Origin: Octopus vulgaris
Taxonomy: Eukaryota
Direction: 5' to 3'
Length of the DNA: 64,000 nt
Assembly (NCBI GenBank): GCA_951406725.2
Contig: OX597816.1
Coordinates: 123,876,001-123,940,000 of the forward strand
In this document: positions 1-12,099 of the stretch, piece after piece
Layout: each line of letters starts with the position of its first letter
Numbering within the stretch: the first letter of the stretch is position 1
Made by a program: the position numbers and the translations under genes
Notes under the pieces: model-generated
What the model saw: only the letters and a program-made list of their open reading frames with translations
What the model was told of the DNA's origin: nothing
Database searches by the model: none

Positions 1-954
1 GGCTGACCATCTTGATGTGTCTGCTCTTCTTCCTCTTGTTAAAAGGAATTGTTCCAATAATCAGAAGTTCCATTATTGTTGGGATTAATGATGCACAAGC
101 ATGCAAGGAAGCTGTGACATCTGTAAAGATTATTTGACTGTGCTGGTGTGGTAGCCTTTATGCGGGAATGTCTTTTTGTGGCTTGCCTCTTTGACAGAGC
201 TGCAGCAAGGTATAGTGTTGGCCAGTGTTTAGAATCATTTCAAGCATTCTTTTACTTTTAATAGTTGCTAATGTAGCCAGTGGAACTTCATTCTTTGTGG
301 TTTATAGAGCATTAATGGATATGAGAGATGATGTTTGCATGGATATCCTGAACATTGATGACGATGAAGAGAGAAATCTCTTTTGAAATATTTTAGTTTG
401 GAAATCATACACAAATTGCCAAAATTTTTGACCTAGCATTTCAATCATAGTCATTGCTGCTTCAGGATAAACTGTACAAGCAACTCAGTGATGGAATTGG
501 CCTGTCTGGCATATGGACAAGTATGGCTATTGATTGAGTTCATTCCACCAACTTCCATTTGCAAGGAAACGTAAGTCAATTTATTGTGTCTGGTTGTTAT
601 AGCAAAAACAAAGATTGAAAGAACAGAGAACAAGGTATTTTTCTCTCGTGCCGTGCCTTCTTCAACCCTTTTAAGTATCAACTGAAGAGAAACTCTGGGT
701 GGAGAAGTAAGAAGTGCTCTCCAATAAGTTTCCTGCAAGATATGTGAGATGGCCAGCAGAGGCTGGGTAAAAGGTCCATTCTAAATATGTATTTGTAGAT
801 CACATGCAGAAATTTGGGAGAAGTATTTTAGGAGTTGAAAGAAGTTCTTCGATAGCTCCTAGATGCTTGACAATAAATTTATTTCTTGTTTGTTACCATT
901 GCACTGCACCCTAATATGCTGCGATATTCTTCACCCTACACCTCATCATTATTA

Positions 955-1165
955 TCAGTATTAGTGATAGTAGCTATTGCAGTGATGGTGGTAGTAGAAG
1001 TAGCAGTAGTAGCAGCAGCTGTGGTAGCAGTTGTAGTAATAGCAACAACAGTGGTGGTGATGGTGATGGTGTTGTTGTTGTTGGTGGTGGTGGTAGTCGT
1101 AGCAGCAGCAGTAGCAGCAGCAGCAGTAGCAGCAACAGTAGCAGTAGTTGTAATAGTAAGCAGTT
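955..1165. repeat. Mixed trinucleotide microsatellite (TAG/CAG/GTG/TTG)
   Basis: Direct runs of gtagca/gtggtg/gttgtt; explains the poly-V/A/L ORFs 886..1176 and 974..1168. Confidence 0.9.
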
Positions 1166-1293
1166 CATTTTGTTGAAAGGTATCTAACCACCAATTTTCT
1201 TATCAGCATGTAACTTGATAGATCTCATTGAGAAAGGTATGACTATCATATATTACTTTTGATATATACTTATCTATGTGTATTGAAATATTA

Positions 1294-1324
<31 letters not shown>

Positions 1325-1326
1325 GT

Positions 1327-1360
<34 letters not shown>

Positions 1361-1893
1361 TGTATATATATATAATATATATATATGAATGTATAATGTA
1401 TATATATATATATATGTGTATGTGTGTGTGTATATATAATATATATATATGTACATATATGTAAGGACAAGATGCAGCTTCGTTGAAACAGTCCTTCCTG
1501 CAAAGCAAGTTGAATAAAATTTGGGATTTTTGCAGAGGGTAAAAGTGGTAACAAGAACAGGACAGTAAGAACAAAACAAGACAGTAAAAACAAATGATGA
1601 GGGTTGTTAAACCAAGACGATATATAATAATAATAATAATAATATGAAGGAATATTACTCCAAACTTACAGGGAAAAATTCAATTTAGAAATACTAAATC
1701 AAATTTCACAAAATATAATATATATAAATGGTGGTTTTTTCTAATTCATATATATATATATATGTTGGCCTGCTCACTTAGCCAGTGGGGTAGCGTCATT
1801 TGACGGCTAAAACAATGCAAAGTGCATTGTGACCAGCGATGTGTAGCAACATCTGATAGCCTGGTCGGTCACAGTGATATATATATATATATA

Positions 1894-2139
1894 TATTCTT
1901 TTACTTGTTTTACTCAATTGACTGTGGTCATGCTGGTGCACCACCTTTAGTCGAACAAATCAACCCCAGGACTTATTCCTTGTAAGCCTAGAACTTATTC
2001 TATCATTCTCTTTTGCTGAACTGCTAAGTTATAGAGATGTAAACACACCAGCATCAGTTGTCAAGCAATGGTGGATTGATAAACAAAGACACACAAATAC
2101 ATACATACATACATGCATACATACATGCATACATACATT

Positions 2140-2185
<46 letters not shown>

Positions 2186-2344
2186 GGGCTTCTTTCAGTT
2201 TCCATCTACAAAATCAACTCACAAGGCTTTGGTTAGCCCAAGGCTATAGTAGAAGAAACTAGCCCAAGGTGCCATTCAGTGGGACTGAACCCAGAACTAT
2301 GTTGTTGGAAAGCAAGCTTCTTACCACACAGCCACTCCTGTGCC
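1894..2344 (-). mobile_element. tRNA-derived SINE, family A (octopus OR-like), with internal (TA/CA)n
   Basis: Reverse complement aligns by eye with the copies at 26200-26602 and 63556-63972; A box TGGCTGTGTGG and B box GGTTCAGTCC on the minus strand. Confidence 0.85.
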
Positions 2345-2714
2345 TGTATATGTAACATATGGTTTATTTATATTTTGCAGTAAATATTCATATTCCCTGA
2401 TGTGCCAGATGGTGCTTTAAATTAATCTACATGGCATTATTTTAGTCGTCACTGCTTTGTGTGTGAATACAGAATTAATTTTTGCTTGGCAAGCCTTAGC
2501 ACACATCAAGAAAATGCCTTGCTTGCTGATTCCTATATAGGACAAAAGTTCCTAACTCCAAAGACCAAGACGGCATCTGTCACTGAGGATTCAACCAAAA
2601 CACTAGTGACTGATAGTTGTTAATATCCTTTGGAGAATGTTGTGCTTTGACACAGAAAAGTCTCTTGTGAAAATTTCCAACACATAATTCATATATGAAG
2701 ACACACACATAAAC

Positions 2715-2753
<39 letters not shown>

Positions 2754-2861
2754 CACGAATATGTATGTGTATATATATATATATATATATTCACATGTAT
2801 ATGTATGTGTATATATATATATATATATATATTCACACACATACATGTGTATATACATACA

Positions 2862-3507
2862 TGGTCTGATCAATAAGTGTCCGAACTGTTGCCATAGTAA
2901 CAAAGCTAAAGTATGCAAAGTAAATCTGCTTGGCACAGTTTAACATTGGACTCTGCTGTGTATGTCCACTAAGTTTTAATGTTTTAGCTCACTTCTGCTA
3001 TTTACAGCACTACTTGGAAGGAAGGTGTGTAGTGTGCATTGACCATGACAGAAAAAGTTGAGCAGTGAATCTGCATTAAATTTTTTCAAAAGCTTGGCAA
3101 TACCTGCTTAAAGGCCTGCGCAAAGTTTTAAAAAAGTTTTCATTGTTTCCAACACAATCAAGGAGATCTTGTACAACTGAAATCCGAGTGTCATTTTGGT
3201 CAGCTGAAAGCAGTTTTGGCACAAACTTGGCAGACACGTATCTCATACCCAAATTTGCAGTGATAATGGACTGAGCTGAACTGTAACTAGTCTGCACATC
3301 CCCTGGTAACTCACAGATGCTAATTCAATGATCAGACACAACAAACGTTTCTTCCAAACACTGCCGTAAACAGAAAAAAATACCTAGAATGTTAAAACTT
3401 TTTGCACATATACAGCAGAATCCACGGCCAATTCGTACCAAGCAACTTTACTCTGCATACTTTAGCTTCGTTACTAAGGCAACAATCCGGATACTTATTG
3501 ATCATAG

Positions 3508-3510
<3 letters not shown>
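2862..3510. mobile_element. Rearranged mariner derivative with ~80-bp inverted ends and internally inverted transposase pieces
   Basis: Left end tgatcaataagtgtccgaactgttgccatagtaacaaagctaaagtatgc matches the reverse complement of the right end; + strand encodes MTEKVEQ*ICIKFFQKLG, minus strand encodes LGMRYVSAKFVPKLLS (mariner WVP-linker homolog). Confidence 0.75.
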
Positions 3511-3543
<33 letters not shown>

Positions 3544-3549
3544 CGCACA

Positions 3550-3594
<45 letters not shown>

Positions 3595-3636
3595 TTATAC
3601 ATAAGCATATACATATACACACACATATATATATAT

Positions 3637-4911
3637 AAGCCCATAAATAATGCAGTTTTTTCAGTTGCATGAACTAAAGGTCAGAGGAGGATGGGATAAA
3701 CTACCAGCATCAACTTGCTATAAATCAAGAAGTTATTTTACCTTTGTTTTATTCTTAGTGCAAGTTTTGAAGAGTGCAGTTCGATTTTAACAGTTATTTT
3801 TTCAAAGCTTTAATGGAAGTGACAAAGGGGCATATTTGGCATATTTTGCTTTATGAGTTCAATAAAGGCAACAACATAATGGAAAGTGCAAGGAATATTA
3901 ATGCAGTATATGGGGATCGGGCAATAAGCGTAAGCCAGTGCCAATGGGGATTCCAGAAATTCCAAGCTGGAAACTACAGCCTAGAAGATGAGCCTCATCC
4001 TGGAAGATCTGTAGAGCTGGACAAGGATGTCCTGCACATCCCTGGTGGAACAAATTCCCATCGTAACTCTTGAGGAACTAGCAGAGAAACTTGGATTTAG
4101 TCATTCATCTACACCTGCCTGCCATTGGAAATGTCAGCAAATTGGGTCAATGGGTTCCTCACATACTTTCCGAGTCTAATCGCATGCAGATAGTGAATGT
4201 GTGTTCTTCTTTGCTGTCACGTCTCATGGAGGGATCTTTTTGGACCGAATTGTGACTGGTGAGGAGAAATGAGTTCTCTATAAAAATGTCAAGTGCTGAA
4301 GACACTGGGTAGGGAAAAGAGAAACACTGGTATCCCATGCTAAAGAAGGGCTTCACCCACATAAGGTGTTGTTATCTGTTTAGTGGAATATGAAAGATTT
4401 AGTCTACTTTGAACTTTTAAACCCAAACCAAATGATAACAAAGGAGATCTACTGAGAGCAGCTTGAGTGGCTTAAGTCAGCACTAGAAGAAAAAATGACC
4501 GTCTTTGGTTTCAAGAAAAAAGTGTTTTTCCATTAGGATAATACTTGGCCACATACAGCAAAGATCGCATTCGAAAGGGTGGAGCAGTTGCAATGGGAAA
4601 CGATGTCCCACCCACCATATTTGCCAGACATTGCCCCCATCTGATTATCATTCATTATGCAATCTTCAAAATCACATGGATGGAAAAAAATATGAATTCT
4701 GTAGACGAGGTCAGAAGAGTACTTGAGGAGTATTTTTCATCACAGACAAGAGAATTTTGGAAGAGGAGCCTTGCAAGCCTACCAGAAATGTGGAAAAGCA
4801 TTGTAAGAAATTAAGGAGAGTTTACTTTAGATTAAAAAAGAACTTTGTTTATCTTAATTTTGAATGAATAAAAGAAGTATAACAAATCGCATTATTTACG
4901 GGATGATCCAA
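3637..4911 (+). mobile_element. Near full-length mariner (DD34D) transposon, transposase pseudogenised
   Basis: TIR core cccataaataatgc / gcattatttacggg; transposase from ATG 3813 (MEVTKGHIWHILLYEF...SLEDEPHPGR), WVPH, IVTGEEK, DNTWPH, YLPDIAPSDYH; frameshifts and stops; flanked by (TA)n. Confidence 0.92.
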
Positions 4912-4950
4912 TATATATATGTATATATATATATGTATGTATGTGTGTGT

Positions 4951-5019
<69 letters not shown>

Positions 5020-5240
5020 TATGATGATTGATGGCTTAGCTGGCTAGAACTTCAAAGTCCTTGTCAATACTATTCTTATTAAAGGAAAATAAATTTGTAC
5101 TCCACAAAGATATGGAGCAATCCTTGAGATTAATGTAAAAGTGTTTTATTGTAAGTGAACATAAAAACAAATATTAGTATATCTACATCTCTATCCATCC
5201 ACCCACAATATGTATATATGTATATATATTTACATATAAT

Positions 5241-5429
5241 CAGGGGCATAACTAGGATGAGCAAGCAGGGCACATGCCCTGGGCCCATTTTGAGTAGGGT
5301 TGCAGTTTTGGCCCAGATCATTTTCTAATTAACCCATTTCTATGCAAGTTTCCACTTTTTGTTTGATGGGGTGGAGGGGCACAATTTTGATGCCTGCTCT
5401 GGGTGCCATTTACTCCATCAATGACCCTG
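5241..5429. mobile_element. Probable hAT-type MITE
   Basis: CAGGG...CCCTG termini, GC-rich interior, imperfect 8-bp flanking repeat catataat/aatataaa. Confidence 0.5.
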
Positions 5430-5728
5430 AATATAAATATATGTCATAGTTGTTGTCTCTATTTAATGTCTGCTCTCTATGTTGGTTGGTTAGACAAGAT
5501 CTGATGAGTTGAAGAAATTTTGGTTGTTATATGGTTTCTTCAGACGGATGGTTTTGCTAATGCCAACCACTTTACAGGATGTACTGATTTTTTTTTTCTA
5601 TTTTGTGGCATCACTATCAGTAAGGAAACCTTGCAACTTTCAGAAATAATTGGCTTAAAGTGACTCCCTTTGGTATATATACATACATATATATAAACAC
5701 ACACACACACACACATATATACATACAT

Positions 5729-5767
<39 letters not shown>

Positions 5768-5778
5768 CAAATATATAT

Positions 5779-5857
<79 letters not shown>

Positions 5858-6507
5858 GACATATATATATATATATATATGGAACCAATGTTGCAAAGTG
5901 TTCCTATCCAACACCCGATGACTGAATCAATTTTCCTTATACACAATCAAACACACTTATACACACAGACACAGACACGCACATGCATACTCATACATAC
6001 AGGGTGTCTCAATAAAATGTATACACTTTATAAAACCTGGTAACTCAATTTTCATTTCTTTATAGATTTAATCCATTAGAAGCAATAAAGGAAGCCAGAT
6101 CAAGCTTTGCACAAAGGAAAATTTCTATAAAGTGCAATTCGCTTGATTTTTGAAAGGGCTTTTTTTAACCCTTGTAATTATTACTCTGATTTCCACATAT
6201 ATAGGCAATTTATGTTTTCAGTTTTTAATTAAATTTCCCCTTGGTTTTTCAATAGTGGTATTTTTTGTCAGCATTCAATTGTTTGCACTAAAAAAGAGTG
6301 CAGTTATGTTTTTTTAAAGTAATAACACTCTGTCCAATCAGCTTTGAATATTTTGCTGAAGAGTTACTAAATAATTATCACTGCACCATTTATAAACATT
6401 TATAGAGTATCATATTTTTCAAAATATTCACAGTTGTTTGATGATCAATCACATGAAACTGAATAATTGTTTGTGAAGACTTTCCAGCTTCAGCAAACAC
6501 ACACGTG

Positions 6508-6538
<31 letters not shown>

Positions 6539-6555
6539 ACACACACCCACACACA

Positions 6556-6587
<32 letters not shown>

Positions 6588-6687
6588 ATGTACATTATAT
6601 ATAGGTGTATATATACATGCGTGCACACACACACACACAAATAATATGGGTGGCTAATTTTACAACCTAAAGGCAGAAATATATATA

Positions 6688-6882
6688 TCACTAAAGTGAC
6701 AAAGAGCAATATTATTGCTAGAAAGGGCACCAGTATTGCTAGAAATAAGAGTCAAAACAACTCAATAGCCACAGAAGCACTATCTTAATGACTGACAAGA
6801 ATGCTTTGGTGGGTATTGAATTGTTTTGACTATTATTTCTAGCAATACTGGTACTGATTAGTGCCCTTTGTCACTTTAGTGA
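6688..6882. mobile_element. Palindromic MITE in (TA)n
   Basis: tcactaaagtgacaaag...ctttgtcactttagtga termini; inner arms ccagtattgctagaaataagagtcaaaacaactcaatagccac / gtgggtattgaattgttttgactattatttctagcaatactgg are near-perfect inverted repeats. Confidence 0.8.
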
Positions 6883-6904
6883 TATATATATATGAGATAA
6901 AGGG

Positions 6905-7232
6905 GAAAGAGTAAAGACCCCTCTTTGGTCATGAATGACCATGGGATTGCACCTAGAAGTGTTCCCCTCTGAGGTACATGTCTGGACCAGCTGTCACCCA
7001 TGCATACCAGCCTCCCCTATCCACACCACTCATGTTGTCTGAGGGAAAGGCAATGGTTAATACAACTTGGCACCAGTGACACTGCAACTCATTTCTACAG
7101 CTGAGTGAAGTGGAGCAATGTGAAATAAAGTGTCTTGCTCATGAACACAACACACAACCTGATCTGGGAGTTGAACCCACTAACTCATGATTGAGAGCCT
7201 GTCACTCAAACCACTCAGCCATGTGCCTTCAT
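6905..7232 (-). mobile_element. tRNA-derived SINE, family B
   Basis: Minus strand: tggctgagtgg (A box), ggttcaactcc (B box), core tgagcaagacactttatttcacattgctccacttcactcagctg; related copies at ~35055-35340, 42765-43037, 45672-45925, 48455-48740, 50430-50680, 62750-62958. Confidence 0.8.
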
Positions 7233-8065
7233 ACACACACATACATAAACATTATATACAGTATATATAGGTATATACTAACAAACATGATATATATATG
7301 TGTGTGTATATACATTGTATATTTACATAGGGTGTGCATTTAAGTGCACATTGTACATACGCATCTCCCTCACTCTCTTTCTCTCTCCTTTTGTATATTC
7401 ATAGTTACAATGTATATATGCTAATATACACACAAATAGTTTTGCATATAGATGCATTTAATACCTAGGGGAAGAACTTTTGTTATTGATTTATAGCATT
7501 CAACGAGGTGTAAAAATAATTTTTTAATAAACAAGCTGTAATATTCCCAGTTTGACTCACTTCATTCGCCCCGGCAGTGGTGGTGGGATCACCATCACCA
7601 CTGCTGCTACTACTACTGCTGTTGCTGCTGCTACTACTACTATTACTACTACTTCCTCTGATCTCTCCTGAATGAAATATTATTGCCTTTATTTTCCTTC
7701 AAAGCTTTTCCTTCCTCTATTGTTTCATGTTTGCTATCCATAAATTTTTTTTTTTTGCTGTAGCTCAAAAGTGTATATAAATACCTAACAATAAATATTG
7801 TTTGTGATATACATTTCTTTGGAAGTATATTGTGGTCAACGATGATTTCCGTAACACAAACAGTGCCAGCAGCAATATTAAACACACTGTCCTCATTTCA
7901 TTTTAGCTTTTTAGTTCTTATGAAACTGATGCTACCTATATTTGTTTTTCCAAAGTTTAAATCATTCTGTAACTAGTACAAAAGAAGAACTGAACTGTAT
8001 TGGATTCCTTGAACTCTATATGTTTTTATCTTCATCTATATATAGATACATATGCATATAGACAT

Positions 8066-8105
<40 letters not shown>

Positions 8106-8221
8106 TGTTATATTTCGGAATGGTCATTTGCCAGTTTAGCCAATAAAAACACACGCACTATATATTTGGTGTTATTTTGCTTCAGTGTTATTTATTTTTT
8201 ACAGTAATCTTAATCTTATTT

Positions 8222-8262
8222 CGGAGTTCTTTCGTCACACTCCTGTGACCGCATCAGTAGTC
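8222..8262 (-). ncRNA. Hammerhead-like motif in the PLE 3' region (degenerate)
   Basis: Minus: gacta CTGATGC G GTCACA ggag TGTGAC GAAA gaactc; perfect 6-bp stem II, C at the A9 position, stem I partner not found. Confidence 0.45.
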
Positions 8263-8662
8263 CTTTGTTTTCTTCTTTTTTTTATTTGTGTCTCTCCTTA
8301 CTAACCGTCAGCCATTTTGTATTTCTATTGTATGTCTTCATTTGCGCATGCTTATATCTCTATGTGCATCTATGTTTATTTAGTGTGTGTGGGGGGGATG
8401 CCTGTAATATTTGTATCTTCTGTTTATATACGTTCGTGTAATTTGTTTTTGTTGTTGTTTTTGTCTATTCTTATTTTGTTCATGTGTTTACATCCACTTA
8501 TTATTATCATTACATATGCTTGTATGTATGTATGTATGTATGTATAACAACAATACTAGTAATAATAATAAATCGAAAAAAAATATATATATATAATATA
8601 GTTATTTATTTCTATTTGTTTATTTATCTGTGTATTTATTATGTTTTCGGGATCCTCTACTG

Positions 8663-11600
8663 TCATATGTTATGGTGTGTGCTAGTGTTCCATTCTAGTT
8701 TTCTATTCGGGCTAGGTTTATTTTCTATTATGTGTGTAGCTTCTGAAATTTGTCTGATTGTTGCATCTATTCTATGTGTGGACAATATTTTAATTTCTAT
8801 GTTGTTGATTGATCCCCCGTGTTCCTGTTCGGCGTGTTGGTACAGAATCGATGTTGGTACAGAAACCTTCCTTGAGTTGTCTCCAATGTTCATTTACTTG
8901 CTCTCCTATGCTTCTTGCTGCTTCCCCTACGTATGTCATTGTCTTGTTACTGCATCGTCCCTCTATACATCTTATACTATAGACTACATTTCTGGCTTTA
9001 CAGTTTGTTTGTGGGCTAAATCTACATACAGTACAGTACTTATCCGTACAGGGGGTTCTACTAAAAGGATAGGTTCTACCAATTATAGATTTGATAGGGT
9101 TGCCTGGCTTTTCAACAAACTTAATCCTTAGCTTAAGTTTGTCTAGGGTCCTTCTAAAGCAATACGCCAGTTCACCTCCAGGGGTGGTGTCAATGAACAT
9201 GACACTCTGGTATTTATGGCTATCATACCAAGAGTTGGCCTTCCCTATTTTCTTTTTTGTCCTTTCTATAGTGTTCCATGACTTGTTCCTATAGAGTGGG
9301 CAAATCCCATTCCTATCATTACATAATATATTATCAAATTTCTTCATGGCTCCTTTGTATACTCTGATCCTTTCTTTATGGCTGTAACCTGAGAACTGCA
9401 TGTGGTGAATGAAATATTGTATGTGTCTCTTTAACTCTGTTGGCTCGCACATGTGTGATACATTTCTCATTATTCTGACGAGGTCTGCCATCAAAATATT
9501 GAATTTGGCATTGTCCGCAATGGCTGAGTTCCGGTGGATCAAGTATTTTGAGGCCATAGGTTTGGCATAGTGTGAATGAAGGATTTGGGTTTTATTATTC
9601 ACAATTTCTAGCCAGAGTTCAGTGTCTAGTACTGGTAGTCTATGGTTGGGGTGTTTAGTGGGGTAGTCTATTGTGACCTTAATACTCTGGTGGATGGAGT
9701 TAGCTATTTGCTGGATGCGCTCCATAGTATTAGTTTCTATTACTATATCAACAGCACTCTCTTGTTGGGGTGCCTTTACCACTATGTTGATATCATCAAC
9801 ATAGCGGGAGTACATGATTACGAGTATGGAGTTCTGTGTTAGGCATTCTTTAAGCCTTCTGTCCCACCATACCATGAAAAGGTTGGCCACATCACCAGCG
9901 ATACTAACGCCGATGGCTGCCCCCTCGTCCTGGACATATATTTTATTGTTAAACTTAAACATGTGGCCTTTTAGGGTAACTCTTATACTAGCTCCTAGTG
10001 CATGTGCAATCATTTTCTTTACCTGATGGACATTTGTGAGGCTCCGTATGGCTCTGATCCATCTGCGCCATCTTTCTATATGTGTCTTCCTAGCCATAGA
10101 AGAAATTGTGGGCGGTCTACCTCTTAAACATCTACTGGGGCAGAAACTACTAAGATTATGTTTATCTAGGTATTCATTGTTACATGTTAGTCTAAGTAGG
10201 AGGCCCAGTTCCTCTGTGTTGACATTACGGAACTCCACCTGGCTCTCGTTGATCATCTCCACGCACTTCTCCACCACAAAATCTATGTCGATCGATGGGT
10301 ATAGGGATACCACACCCATGCTACCCACCATACATCCTGTCATGTTACAAGTGTTATTACAGTCATTGATCCTGCTGAGGAGATCTTCTGTGCTGTCACA
10401 CACATCAGGTGACATCCGGATTATAGGGCATATGATCATTGAGAGGAAGGAGGAGATTCTGTAATTGCTAGCGATATTCGCTCCACAGACTGGTCTTGTT
10501 GGTGGTCCTGCTATAGGGTCAGTGGTTACTTTATGTCCTTGCGATGTCCATAGAGTGCCGGGATATCATTGTTCCAGGCTTGGAAATTATTTGCTGTATG
10601 TTTCTGGGGTCCCAGAACAATTGTCCACATCATCATGTGGGTGTTGAGGACCTTTTCTTTCTCCTCATGCACCTGTAAAGTTGTTATTTTTGTATTGGCG
10701 ATATGAGGTTGCGTTGCCTGGATGTAGTTCGGTAAGCTGTCTATTGACATCCTGCCGGACTTATCTGTGGGAAGGCATACCACCTCTCCATTCCTCGTGC
10801 GCTGAATGAGCTTACATAGGCCACATGCAGGTTTAATCCCGAGTTGTTGGGCCTCTGTCTTATTCTGTCTCTGTCTTATTCTGTCTCTGTCTCTTAGTGT
10901 ATAATCCTAAAATCTGTCTAAGTTTGGTCCTAGCTATAGTGAACTGTGCTTCCATATGGTCATTAGTATGTCTTGGGATGTAGACTCTTTTGTTGAAGGG
11001 TAATGTTGTTGGATAAATCCGGCTCATGCAGTAAGATTTGTCACATACGTTGAAGAATTGAGTGTCAAAGGGGTGGGTATACATATTAATGGCCTTTCTA
11101 GGGTTATCTTCATTATCGTTACTATTTCTGTCGTTACTGTTCCCATCATCGGCCTCCCTATTATTATTGCCACCATTACCACTATCATTATTACCACTGC
11201 TACTATTATTACTGTTACAACCACAACTATCACTACTACCATCATTACTACTTCTACTGTTACCACCGCCACTACTACTACCACTGTTATTGTTATTACC
11301 GTTATTCCTACCATTGCCATTATTGCTATCATTCTGATTATCACTAGTGATATTTTCATTGTTCCTGTTTCTGGTGTATGTGTTGTTCATATTAGTGTTG
11401 GGTTTTATGTCTGTCTGTTGGTCCCTGTCATTCCCTCTATTGTGGTTGTTATTTTTGTTCCTACGAGTATTGTTATCTGTTTCAAGTCTACTGACTCCCT
11501 GTCCAAGGATTCTGTTGCATTCAACTTCATTTTCCATCGTGACCCCCATGACATAACTTTTATTCGTGTCCTTGTGACTATGGTTATCTGTGTGTGTGTT

Positions 11601-11719
11601 TGTGTGCCGGTTCTCCCTATAATTGTTGTTGTTGCTGTTGTATACGATTTTTTTCTCTCTGTTTATGTTTTTGTATTTGTATCTATTGTTTGTGTCTATG
11701 CATTCATTTTTTCTGTTGT

Positions 11720-11720
<1 letters not shown>
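8663..11720 (-). pseudogene. Penelope-type reverse transcriptase + GIY-YIG endonuclease ORF with three frameshifts
   Basis: Track ORFs 10860..11807, 10526..10783 (PTDKSGR, LYGHRKD), 8790..10439 (SLYPSID, GAAIG, SRYVDD, KPMASKYLIHRNSA, CTDKYCTVC linker, NVVYSIRC...YVGE) and 8663..8893 (QHAEQEHGG...RQISEA...NRKLEW) join into one PLE polyprotein. Confidence 0.93.
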
Positions 11721-11752
<32 letters not shown>

Positions 11753-11974
11753 ATAAAATACAGTGTACATTTAAACACATAAAGAATCCACTCGTAGGAT
11801 TCAACACGCTAGAAAGAACAGCTAGCTTCTATAATCACAAAATTAGGGATAAAAACCTACAGCAATGAAATGAAAAAATAAAAATTTTACCATCTAGTTT
11901 CTTGGACCAATTGGTTTCTGATTTTAGTTTAGCAAATAAATAATATTCACTAGGTATATATGTGTATATCTATC

Positions 11975-12038
<64 letters not shown>

Positions 12039-12099
12039 TGTATGTATGTATGTATGTATGTATATATACATAAATACACACACACAACGCATACGCACA

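Larger units (their letters stand above)
8106..11720 (-). mobile_element. Penelope-like retroelement (Naiad-like), nearly complete, between (TA)n/(CA)n tracts
   Basis: Contains the RT/GIY-YIG ORF listed next, an AT-rich 3' region with an HHR-like motif at 8222-8262, and microsatellites at both ends. Confidence 0.88.

Noticed and set aside
451-738. 95-aa minus ORF with TTRHN and EVGG resembling an RLE LINE C-terminus
   Set aside because: Zinc-knuckle cysteines and the PD..D motif are missing; similarity too weak to annotate
1203-1593. YI/HT/CV-repeat ORFs here and throughout (e.g. 5540-6043, 25886-26298, 51725-52432)
   Set aside because: Translations of (TA)n, (CA)n and (TG)n microsatellites, not genes
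1590-1625. Possible hammerhead ATGATGA G GGTT gtta AACC AAGA CG
   Set aside because: C3, G12 and A14 are all altered and there is no stem I; too degenerate to support
8600-8670. Selenocysteine read-through or SECIS after the PLE TGA stop
   Set aside because: The TGA follows the conserved terminal N.K.EW motif, there is no internal in-frame TGA, and no SECIS stem is visible by eye
8484-10464. Plus-strand ORFs overlapping the PLE (215 aa, 142 aa and others)
   Set aside because: Antisense shadows of the RT reading frame with no motifs
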